Shown here: positions 21,040-31,325 of the stretch, piece by piece | How positions within the stretch are numbered: position 1 is the stretch's first letter | Layout of the letters: each line of letters begins with the position of its first letter | Source: an uncultured candidatus Porisulfidus sp. | Lineage (GTDB): Bacteria > Pseudomonadota > Gammaproteobacteria > Poriferisulfidales > Oxydemutatoraceae | Assembly (NCBI GenBank): GCA_965215125.1 | Contig: OZ244052.1 | Coordinates: forward strand, 960,001 to 1,024,000 | Direction of reading: 5' to 3' | Length of the DNA: 64,000 bases | Notes under the pieces: model-generated | Seen by the model: the letters and a program-made list of their open reading frames with translations, nothing else | Database searches by the model: none | What the model was told of the DNA's origin: nothing | Program-made: the position numbers and the translations under genes

Positions 21040-22602
21040 ATGGCAACAACAGAATTCAAAACCCCCAAATATAGAGAAGACCGAGCGATCCCTAAATTGC
21101 AAGAGGATGTGATGAAGCACAGCCAGCCCTTTACCGCAAAACCCGAGTTTCAACAATCGTTAGGCTTTCCGGGTGAACTGGTTGATAACTGGGAGCAGGT
21201 TGCGGTTGATAAAATGGGTGAGTTGGTCGGCAAATACCGCTCGCTACAAGTCTTCTTGGACGCATGCGTCAAGTGCGGTGCCTGTACCGATAAGTGCCAT
21301 TATTATCTAGGCACGACCGACCCCAAAAATATGCCGGTCGCACGGCAGGATTTATTCCGCAAAGTCTATCGCCGCTACTACACTTTCTCGGGCAAATATT
21401 TCCCGTGGCTGGTCGGTGCCGAAGACATGAACAAGGAAGTGCTGGACGATTGGTATAGCTACTTCCACCAATGCTCGCAATGCCGACGCTGTTCGGTTTA
21501 TTGCCCTTACGGCATAGATACCGCAGAGATTTCTATGGCAGCCCGCGAGATTATGGATCACATCGGCAAGGGACAGAAATACTGCAACGAAATCATCGGC
21601 AAAGTCCATGTTATCGGCAACAACTTAGGCTTACCCGAACCGGCATTGGCGGACACACTCGAAGGCTTGGAAGAAGAAGTCTTTGAGGACACCGGCGCAA
21701 AAGTGCGCTTCCCGCTTGACGAAGCAGGTGCCGAAGTATTGCTGGTGACCCCCTCGGCAGATTTTTTTGCCGAACCCCATGTCGACGGCTTGATCGGCTA
21801 TGCAAAAGTATTTCATCAAGCAGGCATATCGTGGACTTTGAGCTCTCATGCCAGCGAAGCAGCCAACTTCGGTATGTTCATCGGCAACTACGAGAATATG
21901 CAAAAACTCGCATTGAGAATACGCGAAGCGGCACAACAACTCGGCGTGCGGCGCATCATATTCGGTGAATGTGGACACGCTTGGCGCGTCGCCTACAGCT
22001 TCCTCAATACACTGGCAGGCCCCTTCGACTTCCTAGACCCCGACTATCCGGTGCCGCAACATATCTGCGAATTTACTCACGACCTCATCCAGAAAAATAA
22101 ACTCACCCTAGACCCCTCGCAAAACGACGATATGGTGCTGACCTTTCACGACTCGTGCAATATCGCCCGCGCCTCACGGATGGGAGATAAGCCAGGCGGA
22201 CAATTCACTATACCCCGCGAGATTATCAAAGCCTGTTGCAACCATTTCCACGACATGTCGCCGGAAACAATCAAAGAAGGCACTTACTGTTGTGGCGGCG
22301 GCGGCGGCTTGCTAACCGACGACCTGATAGAACTACGAGTGAAAGGCGCATTGCCTCGCATGGAAGCACTGCAAGAAGTGGTTGATCACTGCGGCGTTAC
22401 ACACATGGCAGCAATCTGTGCAATCTGTAAGAGCCAATTTACCAAAATCTTCCCATACTACGGGCTGACACTGGATCAAGTCGTGTGCATCCACCAACTG
22501 GTGAGCAATGCCATCGTCCTGGAACCCGATGCCGTTGAAGAAGCGGAAAAGACATCCGATAGCGAAGGCAAAGGTGGAGACGAGGGCGAGGATGCCGCCT
22601 AA
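21040..22602 (+). CDS. dsrK: DsrK Fe-S/CCG protein
   Basis: CVKCGACTDKC, CSQCRRCSVYCP, ECGH, CCGGGGG. Confidence 0.95.
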   Translation: MATTEFKTPKYREDRAIPKLQEDVMKHSQPFTAKPEFQQSLGFPGELVDNWEQVAVDKMGELVGKYRSLQVFLDACVKCGACTDKCHYYLGTTDPKNMPVARQDLFRKVYRRYYTFSGKYFPWLVGAEDMNKEVLDDWYSYFHQCSQCRRCSVYCPYGIDTAEISMAAREIMDHIGKGQKYCNEIIGKVHVIGNNLGLPEPALADTLEGLEEEVFEDTGAKVRFPLDEAGAEVLLVTPSADFFAEPHVDGLIGYAKVFHQAGISWTLSSHASEAANFGMFIGNYENMQKLALRIREAAQQLGVRRIIFGECGHAWRVAYSFLNTLAGPFDFLDPDYPVPQHICEFTHDLIQKNKLTLDPSQNDDMVLTFHDSCNIARASRMGDKPGGQFTIPREIIKACCNHFHDMSPETIKEGTYCCGGGGGLLTDDLIELRVKGALPRMEALQEVVDHCGVTHMAAICAICKSQFTKIFPYYGLTLDQVVCIHQLVSNAIVLEPDAVEEAEKTSDSEGKGGDEGEDAA

Positions 22603-22745
22603 ACATTCCCCTCCTTTGGAGGGGTGGCAGGCGCAATAGAACCGCCGATTGAGCCAGTAGGTCAATCGGCGTAACGTTGTGCAGAACCTTAATACTTGGT
22701 ACAAAATGTAAAACCTTTCCACGGGGTAGTCGTGTCGTACCTGCA
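22603..22745 (+). repeat. Composite repeat (module C insert within module A), left of the sox block
   Basis: Near-identical to 28689-28820. Confidence 0.85.
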
Positions 22746-22831
22746 CAATCTATACCCAAATTTCACATTTTTATGATGCCTAAGTTGTTAACTGCTATAT
22801 AATCAGAAAGACTTTATGCTGATATAATATT

Positions 22832-23218
22832 TTGTGGAGGAATGAAATGCGGAAAATAAGATACAGCATCTTAAACTTTGTTGCTATTGCGTGTGCAATC
22901 GCGTTATGGTTTCCAATAACGACAATCTCGGAAGAAAGAAGCGAGATACATATAATTGAAGAGGGTAAAGCACTTAGCCTTGATAGAAAGAAAGGTAATT
23001 GCGTCTCGTGTCATTACATCGTCGGCGCGGAATCTCCGGGCAATATCGGTCCGGCTTTAGTAGGAATGAAATCACGATACCCCAAAGCCGAATTACGAAA
23101 GCGTATCTGGGATATCACTCAATCTGTGCCCGAAGCTGCGATGCCGCCGTTTGGCAAGCATCAAATTTTGAGCGAAGAAGAAATAGATAAAATTACCGAA
23201 TATATTTACACACTATGA
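22832..23218 (+). CDS. soxX: SoxX cytochrome c
   Basis: DRKKGNCVSCH, GNIGP.L, MPPFGKH.ILS. Confidence 0.93.
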   Translation: MWRNEMRKIRYSILNFVAIACAIALWFPITTISEERSEIHIIEEGKALSLDRKKGNCVSCHYIVGAESPGNIGPALVGMKSRYPKAELRKRIWDITQSVPEAAMPPFGKHQILSEEEIDKITEYIYTL

Positions 23219-23259
23219 ACATGCCGAATCATTGCAACCTATTGAAGGAGGAGTAAAAA

Positions 23260-23718
23260 ATGGACAGAACGAGGAGAAAACTACTGATAGGAACCGGTGC
23301 AGGTCTGTTGCTTACGAGCTGGTGGCCGCAATCTGTGTTTGCGGCGCGGGCATCCGAAGAGGCGTTTGGGTCAAAATCACTGGACGAGAGCATTAAAGAG
23401 CTCATCGGAGATGCCGATGTGATTGAAGACAATGAGCATATTCACATTAAGGCACCCACCATATCGGAGAACGGTGCTGTGGTGCCGATCTCGGTGGAAG
23501 TTGACATGGATAACGTTGACGCGATTAGTCTCTTGGTTGAAAAAAACCCTTTGCCACTGACTTCTAGTTATAAGTTTCACAAAGCTTCCGCCCCGTATAT
23601 CTCAACGCGAATCAAAATGATGGAAACTTCGGATGTGATCGCGTTGGTGACTGCGGACAGTAAGCACTACAAAGCAACCGAGCTTGTCAAAGTGACAATC
23701 GGCGGTTGCGGCGGTTAA
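23260..23718 (+). CDS. soxY: SoxY sulfur carrier
   Basis: Tat signal; C-terminal VKVTIGGCGG. Confidence 0.96.
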   Translation: MDRTRRKLLIGTGAGLLLTSWWPQSVFAARASEEAFGSKSLDESIKELIGDADVIEDNEHIHIKAPTISENGAVVPISVEVDMDNVDAISLLVEKNPLPLTSSYKFHKASAPYISTRIKMMETSDVIALVTADSKHYKATELVKVTIGGCGG

Positions 23719-23734
23719 AACACGAGGAATTAAG

Positions 23735-24046
23735 ATGTCCGATTCTATGAAAATTCGCACCAAAATAGAAGGTGATTATATAGAGGTCAAAGCCTTGATA
23801 AAACATCCTATGGAGACCGGTATTAGAAAAGACAAAAAAGGCAATGTGATTCCGGCACATTATATCGAGGACTTGACTGCAGAGGCTAACGGCAAAGTTG
23901 TATTCTCCGCCGAGTGGGGGACGGGAATTGCCGCAAACCCTTACATTTCTTTCAGATTCAAAGGAGCCGAAGCCGGTGATGAGCTGAAACTTAGCTGGAA
24001 AGACAACACCGGGGCGTCGGACTCTTTGACCGTTCCCATCGAATAA
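23735..24046 (+). CDS. soxZ: SoxZ
   Basis: HPMETG.RKD...IPAHYI, NPY, WKDN. Confidence 0.95.
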   Translation: MSDSMKIRTKIEGDYIEVKALIKHPMETGIRKDKKGNVIPAHYIEDLTAEANGKVVFSAEWGTGIAANPYISFRFKGAEAGDELKLSWKDNTGASDSLTVPIE

Positions 24047-24057
24047 ACGGAGGCATC

Positions 24058-24897
24058 ATGAAAAAAAGACACATTTTAATTACTCTGGTAACAGCGATTG
24101 CATTCGCTGTCGGTGGCTATGCGGTAGCCGACTATCGTGCGGATATCAAGCATTACCAAGATTATCTGAAGGCTAAATTCCCGAACATCGATCCTGCCGA
24201 ATTTGCAAACGGCTATTATGCGTTGAGCGAGGAGATGCGTCAAAACTGGGAAGCCATAGAAGAGTTTCCACCGTATTCCATCTATGTGGATGCCGGCGAG
24301 GAAATGTGGAACACACCTTTTGCAAACGGCAAAGGTTACAAAGATTGTTTCCCCGACGGACCGGCGATAGGCCACAAATATCCGCATTGGGATAAAGAAC
24401 AGGGCATGGTGATGACCATGCCTCTGGCAATCAATCAATGTCGCGAGCGTCATGGCGAAAGCCCACTGGGCTATAAGAAAGGTCCGATTGCTTCATTATG
24501 GGCTTATATCGCGTATCAAAGCCGTGGACAGGTGATAGATGTGGTCGTGCCGGAGAACGACCCTAAAGCATTGGAAGCGTATAACAAAGGCAAAGAATTC
24601 TATTTTGCACGTCGTGGGCAGTTGAATTTCTCATGCGCGCATTGCCACTTCAATAATGCCGGCATGAACTTGCGAACCGAGATTCTCAGCCCGGTGATGG
24701 GACAAACAACCGGCTGGCCGGTATATAGATCGAAATGGAACGACATCGGCACCCTACATCGCCGTTATTCCGGTTGCAACGAACAAGTGCGTGCCAAAGC
24801 ATTCCCACCTCAGGGAGAGGAGTATCGTAATTTAGAATATTTTCATACATCGCTGAGCAACGGTCTTCAACTCAACGGCCCGTCGGCTAGAAAATAA
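24058..24897 (+). CDS. soxA: SoxA (one CxxCH motif)
   Basis: RRGQLNFSCAHCH, WPVYRSKW, RRYSGCNEQVRA. Confidence 0.95.
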   Translation: MKKRHILITLVTAIAFAVGGYAVADYRADIKHYQDYLKAKFPNIDPAEFANGYYALSEEMRQNWEAIEEFPPYSIYVDAGEEMWNTPFANGKGYKDCFPDGPAIGHKYPHWDKEQGMVMTMPLAINQCRERHGESPLGYKKGPIASLWAYIAYQSRGQVIDVVVPENDPKALEAYNKGKEFYFARRGQLNFSCAHCHFNNAGMNLRTEILSPVMGQTTGWPVYRSKWNDIGTLHRRYSGCNEQVRAKAFPPQGEEYRNLEYFHTSLSNGLQLNGPSARK

Positions 24898-24910
24898 ACA
24901 AGGAGGCGCG

Positions 24911-25228
24911 ATGAGCTATACAAAACCAATAATCCAATACCTGACCGCACTACTTTTGCTAATGTTCGTCGCCGTCGGCAATGCAGAAGCCGACTTTGAA
25001 AAATTGATCAACGAGGCAATCGCAGCGCAGAAAAAAGCGAGTGAGGTCGGCGGCGAATGGCGCGATATTCAAAAATTCATAGATGGTGCGAAAGAAGCCG
25101 CTACCGAGGGCAACAAAGAAGCAGCGATGAAGTTAGCTCAAAAAGCTAAAATGCACAGCGAGTTAGGTTATCGGCAAGCAGTCTCTCAGCAAGGCAAAAT
25201 TCAAATTCCATCGTACTTGCAACGGTAG
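24911..25228 (+). CDS. soxK: SoxXA-binding protein SoxK
   Basis: Signal peptide, A..VGGEWRD motif; located between soxA and soxB. Confidence 0.8.
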   Translation: MSYTKPIIQYLTALLLLMFVAVGNAEADFEKLINEAIAAQKKASEVGGEWRDIQKFIDGAKEAATEGNKEAAMKLAQKAKMHSELGYRQAVSQQGKIQIPSYLQR

Positions 25229-25258
25229 GCACAAAGCCTCTTAAACTCGGCAGGTTTA

Positions 25259-27004
25259 ATGAACTTAACCCGTCGTCAATTTATCGCTTTAATGTCAAGT
25301 GCGGCAGCGGCTAGTCTGCTACCGCACTCAACCTTTGCTACCACCGAAGACTTTTACGACTTTCCTTTTTCCGGAAATCTCCGGTTGTTGCATTTCACCG
25401 ACTGCCACGCACAACTATTGCCGGTTTATTTTCGGGAACCGAACACCAATATCGGAATAGGCGATGCCTCGGGACGCGTGCCGCATGTGGTTGGTAAAAA
25501 TTTACTCAAACTCTACCCGGGACTAACCGAACCTTATATACACGCGTTGACCTATCTGGACTTCGTCGAAGATGCCCAACGTTATGGAAAAGTGGGTGGG
25601 TTTGCGCACTTGGCAAGTTTGGTAAAACAACTGCGCGCCGAAGCCGGAGAAAATCGTACACTACTGCTAGATGGTGGCGACACATGGCAAGGCTCGGGTA
25701 CCGCCTATTGGACGCGCGGCGAGGATATGGTCGGTGCGTGCAACCTGCTCGGTGTGGATGTGATGACCGGACACTGGGAGTTCACCTACGACGATAGTGA
25801 AGTCATGGAAAGACTGAAAAAAGTCAACGGCGATTTTGTCGCACAAAATATTCTTTTGACCGAGGAGGGATTGTTTGACGGCAAGCCTGCCTACGACGAA
25901 GCGAGCGGACATGTATTCCCACCGTATGTGATGAAAAACCTAAACGGCGTGCGCGTGGCAGTCATCGGACAAGCGTATCCTTATACACCTATTTCCAACC
26001 CCAAGCGATTTATTCCCGATTGGACTTTCGGAATACGCGAGAGCGAGTTGCAAGAGACCGTTGCCGAAATCCGCAACCGAGAAAAACCGAATGTCGTCGT
26101 GCTACTATCGCATAACGGTGCCGATATCGATTTGAAACTGGCATCGCGTGTTGAAGGCATCGATATCATATTCGGCGGACACACGCACGACGGTGTGTTG
26201 AAGGCGATTGAAGTTTTTAATCGCAGCGGGCGAACCTTGGTTACCAACGGCGGCTCCAGCGGCAAGTTTTTGGGAGTCATGGACTTAAGCGTGAAAAACA
26301 ATAAAATTGCCGACTATCACTATCGCCTGCTACCGGTGTTCTCCGACATGCTACCACCCGATCGAGAAATGCAAAACTATATAGAGCAGGTTCGCAAACC
26401 TTACATAAATAAACTTGAGGAGAAAATCGCCATCGCCGATGATTTGCTGTACCGGCGCGGCAATTTCAACGGCACCTTCGACCAGTTGATTTGCGAGGCC
26501 TTAAACGAACGCCTGGATACGCAAATCGCATTATCACCGGGGTTCCGCTGGGGTACGACAGTTTTGCCGGGACAGGCTATTACTATGGAACACATATTAG
26601 ACCAGACATGCATGACATACCCGGAGACTTATGCAACCGAGATGACCGGACAACAGCTGAAACTAATCTTTGAGGATGTATGCGATAATCTGTTTAACCC
26701 CGACCCATATCTGCAACAAGGTGGGGACATGGTTCGTGTCGCCGGCATGAATTATGTTTGCGACCCGACCGCAAGTATGGGCAAAAGGATTACCGATATG
26801 CGGCTTGACGACGGCAAAGCGATCGAACCCGATAAAAGTTATAAGGTTTCGGGATGGGCGACTGTCGGTTCAAAGTCGCCGGGAGAACCGGTGTGGGATG
26901 TGGTTGCCGATTACTTGCGTGATAAAAAAGTCGCGTCGGTGAAAAAGCTGAATACACCCAAACTGGTGAATATAGACCACAACTTAGGATGGAGTAAACT
27001 ATGA
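25259..27004 (+). CDS. soxB: Thiosulfohydrolase SoxB
   Basis: Tat signal, TDCHAQLLPVYFREP, DGGDTWQGS, GHWEFT. Confidence 0.96.
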   Translation: MNLTRRQFIALMSSAAAASLLPHSTFATTEDFYDFPFSGNLRLLHFTDCHAQLLPVYFREPNTNIGIGDASGRVPHVVGKNLLKLYPGLTEPYIHALTYLDFVEDAQRYGKVGGFAHLASLVKQLRAEAGENRTLLLDGGDTWQGSGTAYWTRGEDMVGACNLLGVDVMTGHWEFTYDDSEVMERLKKVNGDFVAQNILLTEEGLFDGKPAYDEASGHVFPPYVMKNLNGVRVAVIGQAYPYTPISNPKRFIPDWTFGIRESELQETVAEIRNREKPNVVVLLSHNGADIDLKLASRVEGIDIIFGGHTHDGVLKAIEVFNRSGRTLVTNGGSSGKFLGVMDLSVKNNKIADYHYRLLPVFSDMLPPDREMQNYIEQVRKPYINKLEEKIAIADDLLYRRGNFNGTFDQLICEALNERLDTQIALSPGFRWGTTVLPGQAITMEHILDQTCMTYPETYATEMTGQQLKLIFEDVCDNLFNPDPYLQQGGDMVRVAGMNYVCDPTASMGKRITDMRLDDGKAIEPDKSYKVSGWATVGSKSPGEPVWDVVADYLRDKKVASVKKLNTPKLVNIDHNLGWSKL

Positions 27005-27537
27005 AAACAAACACAAAAGGTATAAAACACGCTGCGAAGTGTATCGTCAAAACCGCTTTATTGCTTAGCTATATCGCCTTGTCTTTAACGACCCAAGTCG
27101 CGATCGCCGAGGACAAGCCGGTTTTCCTAGAGACCAGACAACTGACTGCCGAGTCGGCAATGAAAATCGGCAACGCCGCATTGGAGGATTGCACCAGGCG
27201 CGGATTCAAGGTCGGTGTGAGTATCACCTCGCGCGAAGGTCAACTACTTTTCTTTATCCGCCATCCGCTGGCCGGACCCCATACTCCGATGATTAGTCAC
27301 GCCAAAGCATATACTTCTTCAACGATGGGGGTTGCGACATCCGCACTCACCGGAGCCAACACGCAAAAGCTCAACTACTATGAGAACATTACCACCTTAG
27401 GCGGCGGTGTGCCGATTATCGTTGCCGGTCATCAATACGGTGGCATCGGTGTGTCCGGTGCAACACCCGAAGCCGACGAAGAATGTGCCGAAGTCGGCAT
27501 CAAAACCATTGAGGAAGATTTAGAGTTCAGTGAATAA
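27001..27537 (+). CDS. GlcG/HbpS-family heme-binding protein
   Basis: KAYTS, GGVPI....GGIGVSGA...DEECA. Confidence 0.85.
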   Translation: MKTNTKGIKHAAKCIVKTALLLSYIALSLTTQVAIAEDKPVFLETRQLTAESAMKIGNAALEDCTRRGFKVGVSITSREGQLLFFIRHPLAGPHTPMISHAKAYTSSTMGVATSALTGANTQKLNYYENITTLGGGVPIIVAGHQYGGIGVSGATPEADEECAEVGIKTIEEDLEFSE

Positions 27538-28675
27538 GCTGTCTTTTGATTACACGCCCTGCCGCAACTGCGTATTGCAAGCAATGCCGTGGTTTGATAA
27601 AGATGTATTGATACTTGCTTGCCTAACACTCATCGCAGTATGTTCAACGGCAATCGCCGACAGCGAGACCGGGTCGCCGGCGGTTGAACCGGACGGCGAC
27701 GGCTCTATGAGCTATGTATACGCACAAGAAAACCCCGACTGGTTCGGCATGTCTTTCTTGGATATCGCCGAGGATGTCGAAGAAGCGGCAGCCGAAAACA
27801 AACACTACGGACTCTATTTTTATCAGGACGGGTGCCCTTATTGTGAAAAGTTAATCAACGATAATTTCGGACAATACCGCATTAACGAATACGCAAAAGC
27901 AAACTTTAACATCGCGCCGATTAATATCTTCGGTGCCGTTGAAGTAACCGACCTTGACGGTATTCCGAGACCGGAAAGTGTTTTTTCCGAACACCGAAAA
28001 ATTCAATTCACACCGACGTTGATTTTCTTCTCACCGTTGGGAGAAGTCTTTCGCATGAACGGCTATTACCCACCGCATAAATTCCTCGCAATGCTGGAAT
28101 ATATAACCGACAAATACTACCTCAAAGACATAACTTTTATAGACTTCCTGCAGGCCAAAGAAGTCTCTCCGGCATCCGATGAGATGCACTACGCTTCGGA
28201 AATGTTGCGCCTTCCGCTCGATATGACCGAGAACACTCTAGGCGCAAACAAACCCGTTTTGGTTTTGTTCGAACAACCGCGCTGTTTGGCGTGCGACGAA
28301 TTACATCTTGATGTTCTGAAACGAGAAGCAAGCGACGAACTATATCGACAATTTGAAACGGTAATGATTAATGTCTATGGCAAGGAAACCCTCGTGCCAC
28401 CGAACGGCAGTGGCGAAATCAGCGAAAAAGCATGGGCGCGCAAGCTAGGCATTAAATACACACCGTCTTTGGTGTTTTATCAACGGCAAAGCAAAAACCA
28501 ACCATTAGCCGAAGTGTTTCGCGTTGAAGGCTATGTGAAAACCTTTCACGTACAATCGGCAATGGAATATATACTATCGCAGGCTTATGCAAAACCCCAA
28601 GACTTCCAGGAATTCATCAGATTACGCGCCGAGTCAATGAGACCCGAAGACGGCCATTTAGACATCATGCACTAA
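27530..28675 (+). CDS. SoxW-like double thioredoxin-fold protein
   Basis: QDGCPYC and EQPRCLAC motifs, two F/YTP motifs. Confidence 0.8.
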   Translation: MNKLSFDYTPCRNCVLQAMPWFDKDVLILACLTLIAVCSTAIADSETGSPAVEPDGDGSMSYVYAQENPDWFGMSFLDIAEDVEEAAAENKHYGLYFYQDGCPYCEKLINDNFGQYRINEYAKANFNIAPINIFGAVEVTDLDGIPRPESVFSEHRKIQFTPTLIFFSPLGEVFRMNGYYPPHKFLAMLEYITDKYYLKDITFIDFLQAKEVSPASDEMHYASEMLRLPLDMTENTLGANKPVLVLFEQPRCLACDELHLDVLKREASDELYRQFETVMINVYGKETLVPPNGSGEISEKAWARKLGIKYTPSLVFYQRQSKNQPLAEVFRVEGYVKTFHVQSAMEYILSQAYAKPQDFQEFIRLRAESMRPEDGHLDIMH

Positions 28676-28688
28676 AAGCAGACTAGTA

Positions 28689-28820
28689 CATTCCCCTCCT
28701 TCGGAGGGGTGGCAGGTGTAATAGAACCGCCGATTGAGCCAGTAGGTCAATCGGCGGAACGTTTTGCAGAATCTTAGTACATATTACAAAATGTAAAACC
28801 TTTCCATGGGGTGGTTACAA
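28689..28820 (+). repeat. Composite repeat, right of the sox block
   Basis: Direct copy of 22603-22730. Confidence 0.85.
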
Positions 28821-29035
28821 CCGTCCCGCCCTCGCACGATTAACGCGTCCATCCATTGGTTTATGGGAGTTAAAACCGGGTGGCGCATGGCAGTCTCTGC
28901 AACTCATCCATTTTTTGGGTACCGTTCGTCGGAAATGCGAAACAGCACCACATCGCCCATTTTATGATCCAACCATGATTAGACGGCTTGCTATGATGCG
29001 GGCTCTTTCTTATAATTCAACTTAAGAGGTTAAAA

Positions 29036-29527
29036 ATGGAAAATATAGAGAATGTAGACAACTTAACGATTGAAACTATTTACAAAATGGTGCTTGAAAT
29101 GAAGTCAAAGCTGGACTTTCTAGAATCGGAAACGCATACCCCACAATCGGACAAGGCAGGTTTATACATGGAAAGTATAGAACCGAGATTAAGTAAGGTT
29201 GAAGCCGACATTGCAGAAATGAAAACCGATATAGCAGTTATGAAAGCTGAGATGGAAGATATAAAACTAAGACTAAGCAAAGTTGAAGCCGATATCGTAG
29301 ACATAAAAGCTGAAATGGTAGTTATGAAAACCGATATAGCGGTTATGAAAGCCGATATAGAAAGCATGAAACTGAGACTAAGCAAGGTTGAAACCGGCAT
29401 TGCAGACATCAAAGCAGAACAATTTAAATTCAGAGATGACATCTATAAATGGGGTTTAGCGTTAGCCGCCAGCATTATTGTTTCGGTAAGTTCTATTGTT
29501 AGTTTGGTGGTGATTTTTGCAAACTAA
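29036..29527 (+). CDS. Heptad-repeat coiled-coil protein with C-terminal TM anchor (Bdr/DUF1640-like), copy 1
   Basis: K(A/T)DIAVM and LSKVEAD heptads; hydrophobic tail. Confidence 0.75.
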   Translation: MENIENVDNLTIETIYKMVLEMKSKLDFLESETHTPQSDKAGLYMESIEPRLSKVEADIAEMKTDIAVMKAEMEDIKLRLSKVEADIVDIKAEMVVMKTDIAVMKADIESMKLRLSKVETGIADIKAEQFKFRDDIYKWGLALAASIIVSVSSIVSLVVIFAN

Positions 29528-29658
29528 CTCCCAATCCTCCCAGATATAAATGTAAATTATGAATGTAGGGGCGGACTGGCATGATGCCTTATTAAAAATC
29601 AAGCCGTTTTATTCATTTTTTATCTCCTTTTGTGAGTATCGATTTAGGACGCAAATGC

Positions 29659-30633
29659 TCAACAATAATTCGTGTCAAACGGTTGCTTGTGCGTGGTGAC
29701 CCCATAAATAATACGCGTGAGCTTATGAGCGCAAGCAACAATAATCTGCTTTTTAGTTAACTCCGGACGCCGCCGACTTAATTGGTCGGCAAATGCACGG
29801 ATGGTTAGGTTATGCCGACGTGCCGAGAGTGCTGCCATAAATAGGAGGGTGCGCAGGTCGGCATTGCCCTGTTTAGAGATGGGCGTGGGCGATGCGCAGT
29901 TGCCGGATTGCTTGTGCTTGGGCGTGATGCCGATATAGGCGGCGAGTTGCTTTGGATGGCGAAACGTATTATCATCCAGTACTGCACACAGGGCAGCCGC
30001 AGTTTGAGTTCCGATTCCAGGAATGGAACACAGCAACTGGTGAAGCTGTGTGAGGTGCTCGTCTTGAGCGATGATTTTGTCCATTGAGGCATTAATCTTA
30101 TCGATCTGCTTCTCATGGTTCTTCAGGCTAGTGGCTGCCACCTTTTTTTGCTTCGCATCGCGCAGGGTATTAGCGCAATTGCTTAACATCGTACAACACT
30201 TGACTAATTCCCTGCGCCATTTCAGTGCGTCGCGCAAAGCTTGCACAGCCGGTGAGGGCTTTTGCCAATTGTTTTCAGGCGGGATAGCAAATACGAAGCG
30301 TGCGATGATACGCGCATCCACGCGATCGGTTTTACTGCGTATGCCGAGCGAGTCGCGGAATCTAGCGATCAGCACCGGTGCTGCCACGATGATTGGATGC
30401 CCGGCATCATAGCCGGCCATGCACAGGTCTAGTTCAAGACCGCCGGTCGCCTCAACACAGATGCGACACTGCTGTGCGCGGTGTTTGCTCGTCCAAGCTA
30501 ACAACTGTTTGATGCCTTGGGCATCACTACTAAATTGTTGCTCGGCAAAACTATTATCAGTGAATAATAGAGCCGCCTCTAAAGTGTCTTTAGAGACATC
30601 AACGCCAATCGTGACGGGTTGTTTGTTTTCCAT
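29659..30633 (-). CDS. IS110 DEDD bridge recombinase
   Basis: IGVDVSK, CVEATG, KTDRVDA, SIPGIG, KQSG catalytic Ser. Confidence 0.95.
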   Translation of the reverse strand: MENKQPVTIGVDVSKDTLEAALLFTDNSFAEQQFSSDAQGIKQLLAWTSKHRAQQCRICVEATGGLELDLCMAGYDAGHPIIVAAPVLIARFRDSLGIRSKTDRVDARIIARFVFAIPPENNWQKPSPAVQALRDALKWRRELVKCCTMLSNCANTLRDAKQKKVAATSLKNHEKQIDKINASMDKIIAQDEHLTQLHQLLCSIPGIGTQTAAALCAVLDDNTFRHPKQLAAYIGITPKHKQSGNCASPTPISKQGNADLRTLLFMAALSARRHNLTIRAFADQLSRRRPELTKKQIIVACAHKLTRIIYGVTTHKQPFDTNYC

Positions 30634-30694
30634 AATAAATTACTCCATAAGGGTTGGTTAATGAATGAAATACTAGGTATCAAACACAGTTTAG

Positions 30695-30895
30695 GAAAGT
30701 ATGACTACGCCGCCCAAACAGATGAATACGAGATCTAAAGTCCCAAGCTGCCTTTCGAGCTCTATAGTCATAACGCCGGAGGAGTGCTTTTCATACCATC
30801 AGGCTTTAATGCCTCGTCCGTCCTGCAGCGTGTCTCCTCCGACTTCCTAGGCACTGCATCTGCCTAAGCGTTTATCTTATATCAAATAAGCCAGG
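30695..30895 (-). ncRNA. Putative bridge RNA of the IS110 (ends approximate)
   Basis: Two stem-closed loops containing segments that match the target and donor sites. Confidence 0.75.
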
Positions 30896-30909
30896 GTTTA
30901 ATATATCTG

Positions 30910-31110
30910 TCTGCCCTTAAGTGCCGTTCTGCACAGCCGTAATCGCTCGCGCCGTATGGTTTTGGTTTCCATAAATTAACTGGTGTACGATTTTATTTGT
31001 GCAAACGCAGCACGTTACAGTTCTGCATAACGTTACGCCGATTGATCGGGCGGACATGTTAGTCCGCCCCTACAAGCGCAATCGGCGGTTCTATTTTTCA
31101 ACAGCCCCAA
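30910..31110 (-). repeat. Mosaic repeat (REP right arm, MITE parts, REP within module C)
   Basis: Shared modules with the other mosaics. Confidence 0.8.
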
Positions 31111-31325
31111 CCTTAACCCACTCGCACGATTAACGCGTCCATCCATTGGTTTATGGGAGTTAAAACCGGGTGGCGCATGGCAGTCTCTGCAACTCATCCA
31201 TTATTTTGATACCGTTCGTCGGAAATGCGAAACAGCACCACATCGCCCATTTTATGATCCAACCATGATTAGACGGCTTGCTATGACGCAAGCTCTTTCT
31301 TATAATTCAACTTAAGAGGTTAAAA

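Larger units (their letters stand above)
29582..30909 (-). mobile_element. IS110 element inserted in a REP hairpin; core dinucleotide CA (TG on +)
   Basis: Flanks rejoin to GTAGGGGCGGACTGGCA-TG-TCTGCCC; TG present at both junctions; ~275-bp upstream non-coding end. Confidence 0.9.
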
